From contig NMRA01000209.1 of NCBI GenBank assembly GCA_002633005.1, positions 548,174 through 612,173 of the forward strand: a stretch of DNA of 64,000 nt, given 5' to 3'. Source of the DNA: Phoronis australis (Eukaryota > Animalia > Phoronida). Each line of letters opens with the position of its first letter. The stretch's first letter is position 1. Under the pieces are notes generated by a model. It was not told the origin of the DNA. It was given only the letters and a program-made list of their open reading frames with translations, and did no database searches. Positions 46,878 through 58,809 of the stretch are shown piece after piece. The position numbers were made by a program, and so were the translations under genes.

Positions 46878-47880
46878 ATTTCAAAAACAGTTTCTAACAG
46901 AGGTTTGGATGATAGCGCATGAAGCACAATACCTAAAGGTTTCGTATAAGTCCTGCCAGCTGTTTCTGAGATACGATGTTCCGGCAAAGTATGGGCACGG
47001 ATACTCCTTCACATGATGTTGTGGTGAACGTGGCCCCGTTTGCTCAGGTGCGCGTCAGTGACTTTGTTTGAAATGATATCCCAATTACTCTACTGAAACC
47101 ACAATCCAAATAGTCCAAAATGAAGATTGCAAAATCACCTTACGGAATGCAACTACCAAGGGTAAAGTTTTGAAATTCAAATCTTAAATGAATTGTGTTC
47201 TACATAGTGTTTTCCCGTTCCTTCGTAAATAGTTATTTACACATAGGTTATGTGTCCTGGTCAATAGAATGTGCTTGAATAAAGTGCAGATTAAACGTTA
47301 AGCGAATGTCAATATAAAAAAGTCACTCGTCTTCGCGAATGAAGTTCGTTGATTCGATGCACGTACTTAACGCTAAAACAAAATACCTACAGCAGTTAAA
47401 ATCACCATTTACCTTGTTTTGACGAGTACTCGGCGACATTATGCCATGTCCACCAACACGTGGGCTTCTTGCTATAGTATATCCACGCTTCTTCGATTTC
47501 CCGCGGGAAATTTGAAAGAGCCACGGTGTGGTTAAATACTAAATCTCACAACCACCGCAAATGTAACGCCTCGCCTTTCTTTATTATACCAGAAAACACG
47601 GGGAAATTAGCAGTAATACTGACGACTTTTCACACAAAACACAATAGAGGATGAGTGAAGAGGTGTGATTGGATGTCCGGATTTTACGTAGTAGGTATCG
47701 ACCAATAAATGCTCTTAATTCGAGACCAGCAAATTTACATACTGTCAGATAGTGTCTGTGGGTGCTCTAATCAAGGAGTGTAGTAGTATAGGAGAGTTCA
47801 CTTGTGAGTTCGCTGTTACCGCTACTACTAGCGCCGCCAAGTGGTGAACAAGCTACGGTCAACAAGGAAGCGCCAAAACA

Positions 47881-48803
47881 ATGGGGACGGACGCATTTTG
47901 CAGTGCGATAAATTGCATGAATTCATCCACGAAAACCCCAGACGTGTCATTTTGTAGGTTTCCTAAGGATCCAGAAAGGTAAGGATTATCTGTTATTCAA
48001 TAATATGATACACTGTCTTTCGTTTTGTGTGTTCTGTTCACGGTTGTTAGACGAGTCGATCGAAGTCCCGGTGCCCGGCACTGTCTGTTGTCTGCAGTGT
48101 AGGCTAGACCTACTGGGCAGCCGGCGGAAGAGGACTATTATTAACGTACGATGTGATCGTCAGCTTTTTGGATACTTGCAGTCCATCCAAATCAAAATGT
48201 CACTCTAACGATAATAATTTTAGGAAAACATTCCCATGGACATGGGTGAATATGAATCGTGGTGACATGGCCATGGCACAATCACAGCCACAGGCCACAG
48301 GGCCTTTTAAGTCTTTCATTAGTTTCCCATGGCCATGGGTGAATATGAATCGTGGTGACACGGCCATGGCACAATCACAGCCACAGGCCACAGGGCCTTT
48401 TTAAGTCTTTAATTAGTCAAGTCAGAGAATCTGTGGGTCTCGGTGAAAAGTTGTGCAGCCCTTAAAATATCCGTGGATCGACATTTGAGTCCTAGTTTTT
48501 TTAGTTGACACCAAGACGCTTTTGTCTCTATCACAATCACAGTACGACAGGACTTCTGTAGTGTAGTTTAGTGTAGGCTACCAGTCTCTGTGAACCTGGT
48601 GAGTATGAGGTTTGTTCCTGAGTCTCTCATTGATTTCTGTTCAGGTGCAAGCAATGGGAGCCGACCTTGTCCAAGAACTGCAACTTATGCTCTCATCACT
48701 TCCAGGAGTCCATGTTGATGAATGAAGAAAAAGCTGGTATTGAATGCAGTGCCCGAGCAGTATTTGATGTCCCCAATCCACCAAAAATGAAGACGTCAAA
48801 AAG
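47881..48803 (+). pseudogene. Decayed THAP zinc-finger N-terminus of a transposase (THAP12/PRKRIR-like), two exons
   Basis: Exon 47881-47978 encodes MGTDAFCSAINCMNSSTKTPDVSFCRFPKDPER and ends at GTAAGG. The exon starting at 48645 encodes CKQW..LCSHHFQESM..VFDVPNPPK. The C2CH ligands, FP and W are present, but the W-to-LC spacer is short and the AVP motif (KLVLNAVP) lies in a shifted frame. Confidence 0.75.
48231..48417. repeat. 2 x about 93-bp tandem duplication in the THAP intron
   Basis: ttcccatgg(a/c)catgggtgaatatgaatcgtggtgaca...ttaagtcttt is repeated. Confidence 0.9.
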
Positions 48804-49172
48804 TTGTACGGAAATTATGTTACAGCTGTGGAATAGGCTTTTTGCATTTCTGATTATCGTCTCACAAAGCAAGTACTGGAACATCACGTGTAGAAAGGAC
48901 AATTAGTAAAAATCTGGTATTCGTATTTTACTAAGGTTGATCAGATTGAAACATTTTATGAATGGTTAGCCTGTGATTTGAAGATAAAAGTTCTACGGAA
49001 ATTATGTTACAGCTGTGGAATAGGCTTTTTGAATTTTCTGATTATCGTCTCACAAAGCAAGTACTGGAACATCACGTGTAGAAAGGACAATTAGTCAAAA
49101 TCTGGTTTTCGTATTTTACTAAGGTTGATCAGATTGAAACATTTTAAGAATGGTTAGCCTGTGATTTGAAGA
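48798..49172. repeat. 2 x about 187-bp tandem duplication
   Basis: aaaagtt(g/c)tacggaaattatgttacagctg...gcctgtgatttgaaga is repeated with a few differences. Confidence 0.9.
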
Positions 49173-50583
49173 GAGCCAAAGCGAAACTGATGGGTCTTTT
49201 AGAGTCTGAATGGTGGGCTGACATTTTGTTAAACCCAAGCTATCCATATCCTTTTGCTTCTCAATGACACTGAAACACCTCTGTGAGTAAATTAGTTATC
49301 AGCTTCAACGCATTTCGTTGGCAAAAAGAGCTGTTGTTTACTAGTGAATAGAGAGTGAGAAGGTTGGTTAAATTTTCTTGTTGTATTGGTGTATGTGTTG
49401 CCTATTTTGTACGTTTCTGGAGATTGTGATTAATTTAAGCTCCAGTTGTGGCTAAGTAACAAATATGATCTTGTGGTCTAGCTTTAGCTTACCTGAAATA
49501 TTTACTGTTACTGATAATATGAACAGTGGGTATAGAAAATAAAAATTTTAGTTTTATCATCCATTAAAAGTCTTTTTAATTCAGTTTTGTATGAAGTTGT
49601 GTGGCTAGCGAATATTTTGATTGCTGTTCAGCACCTCCATTTTGAGCTTGGACTGGTTATGGTGGGNAAAAGTCTTTTTAATTCAGTTTTGTATGAAGTT
49701 GTGTGGCTAGTGAATATTTTGATTGCTGTTCAGCACCTCTTAACATTTTTGTCATGACATTTTGAGCTTGGACTGGTTATGGTGGGGATATACTCAATGT
49801 GGGGGGGGGCTCGAATTCCCGACGATGTAGACCTTTTGCTAACAAGTGAGTGGGCGGACTAAAAAAAAAGAAAAACGGGGACCACCACTGTGAATCGCGC
49901 ATTTCCATTTCTTTAGTGGACTTTTGTCCCATTTTCTGGGACTTTTTGTCTCGTTCAAGCCCCCCGAGCCCCCTGGGTGCGCGCGTGGAAGAGTGCAATC
50001 GAGTTTACCCTATGCTGGAATGTCCAAGAAATAATGGGATGTTCTAAAATTATATTACGATTTTGTGGTAGTGATGAATTGCTTTCTTCTTCTTATGTGT
50101 GTAACACCCACTACACCAAACAATTATTCACATTGTTAGTATCCTGGTGCATTGAATAAGGAACACATGCGAAATTGGGTGGAGGTGAAACCAGCAGTGA
50201 GCTGGGAGCAACATGTTTGTCAATGGTCAGGGGAGCAAGCAAAATTTATGACAATGGGAATGGCTCAACACCCATGTGGCATACCCCATTGGTTTTTACC
50301 TGTTTAACACTCCTCCCATGTAACCCCCCTGGGAGATGGTCAACACCCATTTGGCGCCCACATGGTTTTTGTCTTGTACCCCCTTAGCTGTCACCTGTGG
50401 GGAATTACCCTCTGAACCCCCAGGAGCAATCCTTCAAATTTTATTGTCCATGGAGGTATGAACTGTTATAAGGAAAGATAATTTGCCTTGTTAAGAACTC
50501 AAACGTGAAACAAAACCGTGATAGATTTTGAAGGGAGCTTCAAAAGAATAAAAACAAAAACACTTTAATATTGATTAAAATTN

Positions 50584-51624
50584 TCTGACCAAGTCTAAAG
50601 TTAAAGCTGGTTTAAGATCTTATTACAAGTCTAAAGAACATAGACTTAGTTGGTGAAATTTAAACTGACTTTTACCTGGGCCGGTCTCTAATATTTTTAC
50701 TCGAAATGGAACTCGAAATTAGGTTTGGCATTTTCTACTCTACTTTTGGATGAACTCAAGATAAGTGTGTATTATTCTATGCTCGAGTACACAATAACTT
50801 ACGTAGATAATTTATTGCCCTTAGTTCACAGGTTGTAAACCCAATATTAAAGCAGTAGGTTCGAGTTTGAACTCGAAATTTCGAGTTTTTACTCGAGTTT
50901 GTAGCACGAATATAAGAGTCTTCAAGGGCAAACCTGAACTAGAAACTCCTATGCATAAACTATAATGTATTTGAGCACAGTCTGATAACCAGTTATCTTA
51001 AGTTCGCACAAAAGGAGCAGAGAAATTGCCAAAAATAGTTTCGAGTTCGTTTCGAGTACAAAGATTAGAGACCGGGCCCAGGTCTAAACTGGAGTTAAAC
51101 CAGGTTTTACTAGACCACTGGTCTAAAAGTTAAGCCACCTTTATGAAATGCAGATTATCTTAAAACCTGGTCTAAGTCGAGTTTAAACCAGGTTTAACTT
51201 TAAACCACGTTTATGAAATCGGCTGCAAGTGTCGACATACAAGTCGATTTACATCCATGAAGTGAAATGAGTGCAACAACACTGACAGGTCATTACCATA
51301 GCTGTAAGTTCACTAAGTACTGCGTGTTCCAGCAGCATGCTGGTCCTGAATAGCCAATGACTCTTTAATGTACAGTAATTCCTTTATAGGTTCTTTTCAT
51401 ATTATACTGACTGAATTAGCTTGGTTAGTGTTACTGACACAATGCCTGTAGACAGTGCGTTTGTGTGAGGTGTGATGTTCTCTCAATCTGTCACAGGGGC
51501 GTCTCTGTGTGAGTCCAATCTTGAAGTCCATTACACTTATCACATCCAGCAGCATTGCTATTGTTTAACAAAGGAATACGTGACTTCAATTCACAGAGCA
51601 TATTGGATTGTTTGCAAAGAGGTT
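50584..51624. other. Probable haplotig: 1.04-kb contig between single n bases, duplicating 53530-54576
   Basis: Bounded by n at 50583 and 51625; near-identical to 53530-54576 with scattered substitutions and small indels. Confidence 0.7.
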
Positions 51625-51625
51625 N

Positions 51626-52617
51626 AGCCGGTTTTGTAAAACCAGGTTTAAAGTATCTAAGCTACCCCGCCGTGTCGGTCTGGATTAACCCAACAAAGAA
51701 ACCATTGAAGTGCTTCAATGAAACCTTTATCACGTGGGTATGCATGTACAATGGCACACACTAGCAGAATCAGTGCACACATTTGCGAAAAAGATCTAAA
51801 AGCTTTTCCGCACATGTGGAAAAATGTAATATCTGTGCCCAGCACACGTATGCACATACGTGCTCACGATTAGCCGCAACATGATAAATGTTCAAATTTA
51901 TTTCCGTACCATTTTAATTATTTTTCGCTGCCAAGGGGGGTGGGGGCAGACCCCTTCCCGGCAACATTAAATCAGTGACCAATGGAGGTGGAACTTAGAA
52001 GAATTATAAGATGCTGTCTTCAGTCAAACCCGCAGCGCTTACGACGACGACGCCCTTCTCGACCAGTCGTATTCTGAGGAATCCGTAGGACACCATCCAG
52101 CATGTACTGGTCTTCACATAGGGGGACAAAGAGTCCAGACCCCCCTTTCCCTTTGATTTTAGTGATATCAAATCTATAATTTTTCAATTGTTGACTTGGT
52201 CCCCCTTTAAAAAGACCTTGGCCGACCCAACCCCCCCTTAAAAATCGCGGATGCGCCCCTGCTACGTTTGATCTTGTGTCCATTTTCGCTCTAAAACTGC
52301 GTCGTAATTGCACACGGCGGCATCATTTAATTGCACCTACATCATGCAAGTCTGTCATATTTAACAGTTAAGCCTGGGTCTGAATAAGACTTAAGTTAAA
52401 CCTGGTTTAAGATCTTAATACAGGTCTAAAGAATATAGACCTAGTTGGTGAAATGAACATTGACTTAGACCAGGTCTAAACTGGAGTAAAACCAGGTTTT
52501 ACTAGACCACTGGTCTAAAAGTCAAGCCACCTTTATGAAATGCAGGTTATTTTTAAACCTGGTCTAAGTCGAATTTAAACCAGGTTCAACTTTAAACCAC
52601 CTTGATGAAATCGGCTG
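51626..52617. mobile_element. Second, diverged tandem copy of the same Harbinger-like element (5' end lost at an assembly join)
   Basis: Collinear with about 52768-54171, ends in the same tgaaatcggctg TIR, and lacks the nested insert of about 400 bp. Confidence 0.7.
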
Positions 52618-52620
52618 CAA

Positions 52621-54171
52621 TAGCCGATTTCATGAAGGTGGTTTAATAAAACCAGATTTAAGACTTAAACCTGGTCTTCCTAAACCTGGTCTAATTTTAG
52701 ACTGAACTTGCATTTCACCAACATAGTTTAAATGTCCGAAAGCCTAGATTTGTTAGACCAGGGAGCGGGTTTAGTAAACCAGGTTTGAAGTACCACCCAA
52801 CAAAGAAATTATTGAAGTTCTTCAATGAAATTTTGATCACGTGGGTATACAATGGCACACACTAGTGGAATCAGCGCAAACATTTGCGAAAAAGGTCTAA
52901 AAGCTTTTCTCGTGAGAAAAATGTAATATCTGTGCCCAGCACACGTACACACATTAAAGTACATGCTCACGATTAGCCGCAACATGATGAATGTCCAAAT
53001 TTATTTCCGTGCCATTTTAGTATTTATTTTTCGTGGCCAACTGAAAGAGGGGGGCAAGACCCCTTCCTGGCAACATTAAATCAGGAACCAAAGGAGGTGG
53101 ACCTCAGAAGAATTCGATGATTCTGTTATCAGTCAAACCCGTAGCGCTTCCGACGATGACACTCTACTCGACCAGTCGTAATCTGAGGAATCCGCAGGAC
53201 ACCAGCCAGCACGTACTGGTCTACGCATAGGCGGATCCAAGGGGGTCAAGGGGTACGGACCACCTTTTCCCCTTGATTTTAGTGATATCAAATCTATAAT
53301 TTTCAATTTTTTGTCTTAGCCCCCCCTTTTAAAAAGTCCTTGACCGACCCCCCCTCCTCTTAAAAATTGTGTGATCCGCCCCTGCTACGTTTGATCTTGT
53401 GTCGTCGTTAAACAGAATATTGAAAATAGTATATTTTTGCTCTAAAGCTTCGTCGTAAATGAACACCGCGCCATCATTCAGTTGCACCTATATCAAGCAA
53501 GTCTATCATATTCAACAGTTAAACCTGTGTCTTACCAAGTCTAAAGTTAAAGCTGGTTTAAGATCTTATTACAAGTCTAAAGAACATAGACTTAGTTGGT
53601 GAAATGAAAACTGACTTTTACCTGGGCCGGTCTCTAATCTTTTTACTCGAAATGGAACTCGAAATTAGGTTTGGCATTTTCTACTCTACTTTTGGATGAA
53701 CTCAAGATAAGTGTGTATTATTCTATGCTTGAGTACACAATAACTTACGTAGATAATTTATTGCCCTTAGTTTACAGGTTGAAAATCCAATATTAAAGCA
53801 GTAGGTTCGAGTTTGAACTCGAAATTTCGAGTTTTTACTCGAGTTTGTAGCACGAATATAAAGGTCTTCAAGGGCAAACCTGAACTAGAAACTCCTATGC
53901 ATAAAATATAATGTATTCGAGCACAGTCTGATAACCAGTTATCTTAAGTTCGCACAAAAGGAGCAGAGAAATTGCCAAAAATAGTTTCGAGTTCGTTTCG
54001 AGTACAAAGATTAGAGACCAGGCCCAGGTATAAACTGGAGTTAAACCAGGTTTTACTAGGCCACTGGTCTAAAAGTTAAGCCACCTTTATGAAATGCAGA
54101 TTATCTTAAAACCTGGTGTAAGTCGAGTTTAAACCAGGTTTAACTTTAAACCACGTTTATGAAATCGGCTG
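52621..54171. mobile_element. PIF/Harbinger-like non-autonomous element (full copy)
   Basis: TIRs agccgatttcatgaa and tttatgaaatcggct, flanked by CAA at 52618-52620 and 54172-54174 (3-bp TSD-like). Many subterminal aaaccaggttt palindromes. Confidence 0.7.
53621..54028. mobile_element. Nested MITE (about 400 bp) inside the Harbinger-like element
   Basis: TIRs cctgggccggtctctaatctt and aagattagagaccaggcccagg. Absent from the adjacent copy, which has the empty site accagg at 52469-52474. Also present at 50675-51082 in the duplicated contig. Confidence 0.8.
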
Positions 54172-56291
54172 CAAGTGTCGACATACATGTACAAGTCGAT
54201 TTACATCCATGAAGTGAAATGAGTGCAACAACAGTGACAGGTCATCACCATAGCTGTAAGTTCACTAAGTACTGCGTGTTGCAGCAGCATGCTGGTCTTG
54301 AATAGCCAATGACTCTTTAATGTACAGTAATTCCTTTATAGGTTCTTTTCATATTATACTGACTGAATTAGCTTGGTGAGTGTTACCGACACAATACCTG
54401 TAGACAGTGCTTTTGTGTGAGGTGTGATGTTCTCTCAATCTGTCACAGGGGCGTCTCGGTGTGAGTCCAATCTTGAAGTCCATTACACTTATCACATCTA
54501 GCAGCATTGCTATTGTTTAACAAAGGAATACGTGACTTCAATTCACAGAGCATATTGGATTGTTTGCAAAGAGGTTTGAAAATTACTATCAGCTCAGCGG
54601 CTGGGTCTATGCAATGTACAAGACGAGATAATTGACGTTTCAACTTCAGAGTACTAGACACAATGTAACCAAGAGAAAAAATCTTTTTCTCGGGTCCAAT
54701 AAAAGCTACGCTACCCAGCTCAGTCATTTTTGGAAGTGCCTTTTACAGCTATTCAGAAAAAATCTATTTTACTATTTCCTATTGTTGTTGTTGCACTCAT
54801 TGCACTTCATCTACTGTAATCCGACTCGTATGTTGACACTTGATGTCTGATTGTTTGTATACTGATGATGTCTAATGAATAGATGAAACGTCGAATTAAC
54901 ATGATCTTTTTCATTTGTGCGGCGATTGTGTGTTTTTTGATTTGAATAGCGGAACGGGATAGTGCCGGGAACAAACCTTGAAATAGCAAAAAATTACTTG
55001 CAAAAGCGGGTCCGTTGGCAAGTACGATGATTTCACCTCGTTCGTTGCCACGTTTATATAACTGTTCTAAAGCCATAAATCTTAAAACGGAACCAAAATA
55101 TAGAACATAAGGTAACCACTTATAATCCATGAAGAACTTCCATTACCGATATTAATGTAGCGGTACTTTTGTTTAATTGTGTAAACAGAGAAGAAAAAAA
55201 AAACAAGAAAATTCAACAGGTAAAATTTGATAAAATTTAACTTAACATAAAACTTATCGCAGTATCGATGGGAAATTAATTTTATTGATTTACATTAGAT
55301 TATACTGCATTGTATAATTATATTAAAATGGAAGAGTTAAAAACATCACAGTGTTGTATAGAGATTAATAACAGAAGCATTGTGTTATTGTATAATGTAA
55401 TACAGGTGCCACCAGAATAAAACAGTTCTTGAATTCCAGTAGTTTCATATCTAGCGTTAAAATCCGCAGAAAAATCGAAAGAATAAACGAAATTCACTGG
55501 CATGATAAACGATACGCTGAATTTACCACTACAGTCCACTAAATTATATTCATTGAAAGTTTAAAAACATAACAATGGATGTTATCAATAGTCATTAACC
55601 TAATTAGTCCTCGTTTCAACAAACTCTTGTCAGTGCACATAATTGAATTACATACAATTCTCAAGCCTTTCATGCCATGCAACCAGAAGTCGTCTTGCCT
55701 GTAGTCCAATTGGTTGTATCATTAAATGAGTGTAACTGAACTAACTAACGTAAAGCTTATTGCTGCTTACATAACCAAGGTGTGGAAACAATTCCACGTT
55801 GGCACCTCTAGAATCCAGATACGATTCCTTAAACTCCAGTTCGGTACCCGAACACACCAAACCCATGGTACAAATTCCCAGATTTGTACTCCTGAAATCC
55901 ACAAACGCAACGAAAAGGCTCCCTACATGATGACCAGAGTTCATTCTCAAAGACACGAGATTCCATGACCGTGTTCCTCATTTGCGGCTAGAATGTATTT
56001 GCAGTGTTGGTTAAGAACAGCCAAAAACACTGTTGTCTGACCAGATTTACATTTTATTTAAGCTAGTATTGGGAATATGAAGGTATTTTCTCGTGTAGGT
56101 TTTTACATTCGGTATCTTCTTTGGTGCCGTTTATCCATCAACCATGGTTAAATTGCGTTGGTCATCATGGAAGGTCATCTCTATTTTTTTAAAAGATTTA
56201 TACCACAATATTAGCGCCAAATGAGAGATACTACCGTGTAATAACCCATAAAGTTATCTCACCAGTGAGATAACGATTTGGCGGGAAACAG

Positions 56292-56358
56292 AGGACGGGG
56301 TCGAACCCGGGAACCTAATATTGCTGGTCGCCAACTTTACCACTACACCACGCAGCGA
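56292..56358 (-). mobile_element. tRNA-derived SINE-like head / tRNA pseudogene
   Basis: The minus strand reads GCTGCGTGGTGTAGTGGTAAAG...GGTTCCCGGGTTCGACCCCG (A box and B box with T arm). The acceptor and anticodon stems do not pair. Confidence 0.55.
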
Positions 56359-57854
56359 CTGACGTCATCAAGAGTGAAAATAGAATACTTAAATGAGCAC
56401 GCGCAATAATCGCACGTTCAACAAACCGCATTGTACTGTACTTATACGCTACGAAATATAAGACACATAATTTCCATAAAAATGATATCTTAATTCGGTG
56501 AATTTTTTCTCTCATGTCCTCTTACTTGTAAATCACCGATCTCTAGTTTGAATGCGGGTATCGTGTCGTCAGGATCTTTGACTTGAGAATTATATTCAGT
56601 TACCAGTGGTAACCTACTTTAGCAGACGATAATTTCCCGATCGAAGCTTAGCGTGAAAAAAACGTGTTTTAAGCTATAATAGTTGGTAAACTTTAATTTA
56701 TATATTCAATTTATTTCTATAATACTAAAATTTTCAATTGGTTTTGAGTAAAAGCATTATTTGACAAAAATAGCCGGGCTTTTCTTAAAAGAACACGACC
56801 TCCGACTCCGGGCCTCTGACATAGAAAGTAGTTAAAAAGCCGTGGAGAGTCAGAAAAGGTAAATCGATTCATTGCAATGGGCAATAATTCTCCAAAATCC
56901 ACTCGGGCTCTAGATAACGGGGGATAACGACTTCGCCATGTAATAATCTATATTTATGTCTCCTTTATGAACGAGTAGCTACAGTAGTGAGATTGCGCTA
57001 ATTTGCGAGATATGCCATACATCACTGGATCCTTTAACTCACGTGGGCCCAGTCACTTGCCACTTATTAAATTTAGTGACGGTCATATTTTACTGATATT
57101 TTGGCCATCTTCTTGTAGCAGTCGTTCTTGTATCACTAGGATACTTTTATATGTAGATATGAATTCGAGTGATAGATTACACGATATATAATCAACAAGA
57201 TCTGAAGATAGTAGCTAACTAAATTTCTCGGAAGAAAGTGCAGGGCTAGGAGGAGCACACACACAGAAGGAGAAATCAAAACTCTAATTGCAGACTCATT
57301 GAACACAGTTTTACATAAAACGCCTCCTGTTTGCCATTGTGTAACCGTTGGTGCGCATTTTAGCCATAAGACCTATTCATGCCAGAATTGCTCTGTTCAC
57401 TCGAATAAACATTTTTCAAGAAAACCCCTAAAAACAATCTGAAAAAATTGCATTAACAGGCATAGGTAATTAAACTTTTTGAAATTAACACGGAATTAAT
57501 CATACGTGAAGTTGATCGTCACAAGCCGACGACAAGGGAGGTTGATATGGTTGCATAACATGATGATCGTGCGCCATATGTCATCAGAGCTAAATACAAT
57601 ATAAGTTGTATTTCATAGTTTGCAAGTAAATGTTATAACATCCGCACATGTCAATTAATAATTAAAATCCAAAGCAGACACTTAATTCACAAATCAAGGC
57701 AGATGATTGTTCCAATGGCCATTTATTGAGGGAGGTTTAGCTCCATCATTGTGTTGCTGAGGCCAATCTCGGGAAATCAGTTTTCGATAATGTCACTTAA
57801 AGGGCTGCTTGCCTGTCTTTGAGTCTATTTGGTTGTTGGTAAATATAGGTTATA

Positions 57855-58663
57855 TACACCGGTGACCTAAAGTCGTGAATATAAGCATAATAAGTGCCGA
57901 TTGTCATACTACCCAATTTCCGTTAGCAACTGCTCATTTGATGTCATGGACATATGTCAGCCTTCACAAATATACGTGTTTTGACAATCTTAATCCTTGT
58001 TTGTCTCCGTAAGCAGAGTTTTGAAACGGTCGCTGATATCGGCGGCCATTTTGAATGAGGCCCTAAAGTCGTGACCGTTTCGGTTAGACGGAAATACACG
58101 AAGTAAGACCTCACAAGTCAACTACAGTGCGTACAGTTACTCTAGATGACATAAAAATGCATTGCATTGTTTATTAATTCAGTTTCAATTGAAATAAATT
58201 GTTATAAGTTTTGCACCCAACTTTGATGTGCACAGACGTTTTCAATGAGGTTGTTCACGTAAAACGCTAAGAACCCAGCATCAATTATCGCTCTGTATTT
58301 TATTGTTTTGGCCTTACAAAACTTGATCAACCCTGGGACATTTTGATACATTGTTCAAGCTACCCCTGGAGCGCGTGTTTGAGTAAATCTGAACGATAAA
58401 TATTTTCGAAAATATATCCCAAAAATGCCCAAAAAAGTGAATTAGTGAAATATGCTGTTTTTAAGATACATTTGAAAAAAGAAGCCACTCACTCACTGTT
58501 TGTTGTCATATTGTGAATACGAACACGTCCGGGTATTCGTTTGACGTTCGTAAGCAGACGAACGCTGAAAACTTCAACGCCAGATGTCGCAGGACCGCGC
58601 AGAAGAGGAAATAAGATCGTTCACGACTTTAGGGCACTCACGACTTTAGGGCCTCTGACGGTA
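57855..58663. mobile_element. Tc1/mariner-type non-autonomous element with paired subterminal repeats
   Basis: cctaaagtcgtga occurs at about 57866 and 58061, and its complement tcacgactttagg at 58621 and 58638. TA at both ends. Confidence 0.6.
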
Positions 58664-58809
58664 CAACGTACGTGTTTGTACCAGTGGTTATTATATCGAG
58701 ATTCGTGATATGCAAAAGTATTTGAATAAGGGTGAATCCCGAGTTCAAATACTTTTGCATATCACGAATCGGGATATAATAACACACTGGTACAAACACG
58801 TACGTTGTA
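58662..58809. repeat. Near-perfect long palindrome (arms about 65 bp, 17-nt loop)
   Basis: tacaacgtacgtgtttgtaccagtg...gcaaaagtatttgaa (58662-58726) pairs with ttcaaatacttttgc...cactggtacaaacacgtacgttgta (58744-58809) with only a few mismatches or bulges. Confidence 0.9.

Larger units (their letters stand above)
47772..54802 (+). mobile_element. Putative decayed THAP-bearing DNA transposon containing nested MITEs
   Basis: THAP exons lie near the left end. A frameshifted hAT-dimerisation-like remnant (ELAWLVL..MPVDSA.CE...LSHLAALLL) lies at about 54351-54573 and in its duplicate at about 51400-51620. The ends caaggagtgtagtagtatagga and tcctattgttgttgttgcactcattg are degenerate inverted repeats. 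No clean TSD, so the boundaries are tentative. Confidence 0.4.

Noticed and set aside
47830-47845. CTCF-like motif agcgccgccaagtgg
   Set aside because: It has two mismatches at conserved positions and lies inside a transposon end; there is no evidence of function.
54443-54727. Minus-strand 94-aa ORF as a transposase C-terminus
   Set aside because: No convincing motif; the weak hAT-like similarity here is on the plus strand.
56292-56358. Functional tRNA gene (also 33221-33309)
   Set aside because: A and B boxes are present but the acceptor and/or anticodon stems do not pair; treated as SINE-like.
55771-57200. Candidate minus-strand exons (55891-55771, 56613-56526, one ending near 57043) and 47471-47413 as upstream exons of the TSP1 gene
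   Set aside because: Splice-like signals exist, but the phases do not chain without stops and I recognise no domain; they cannot be supported without transcripts.
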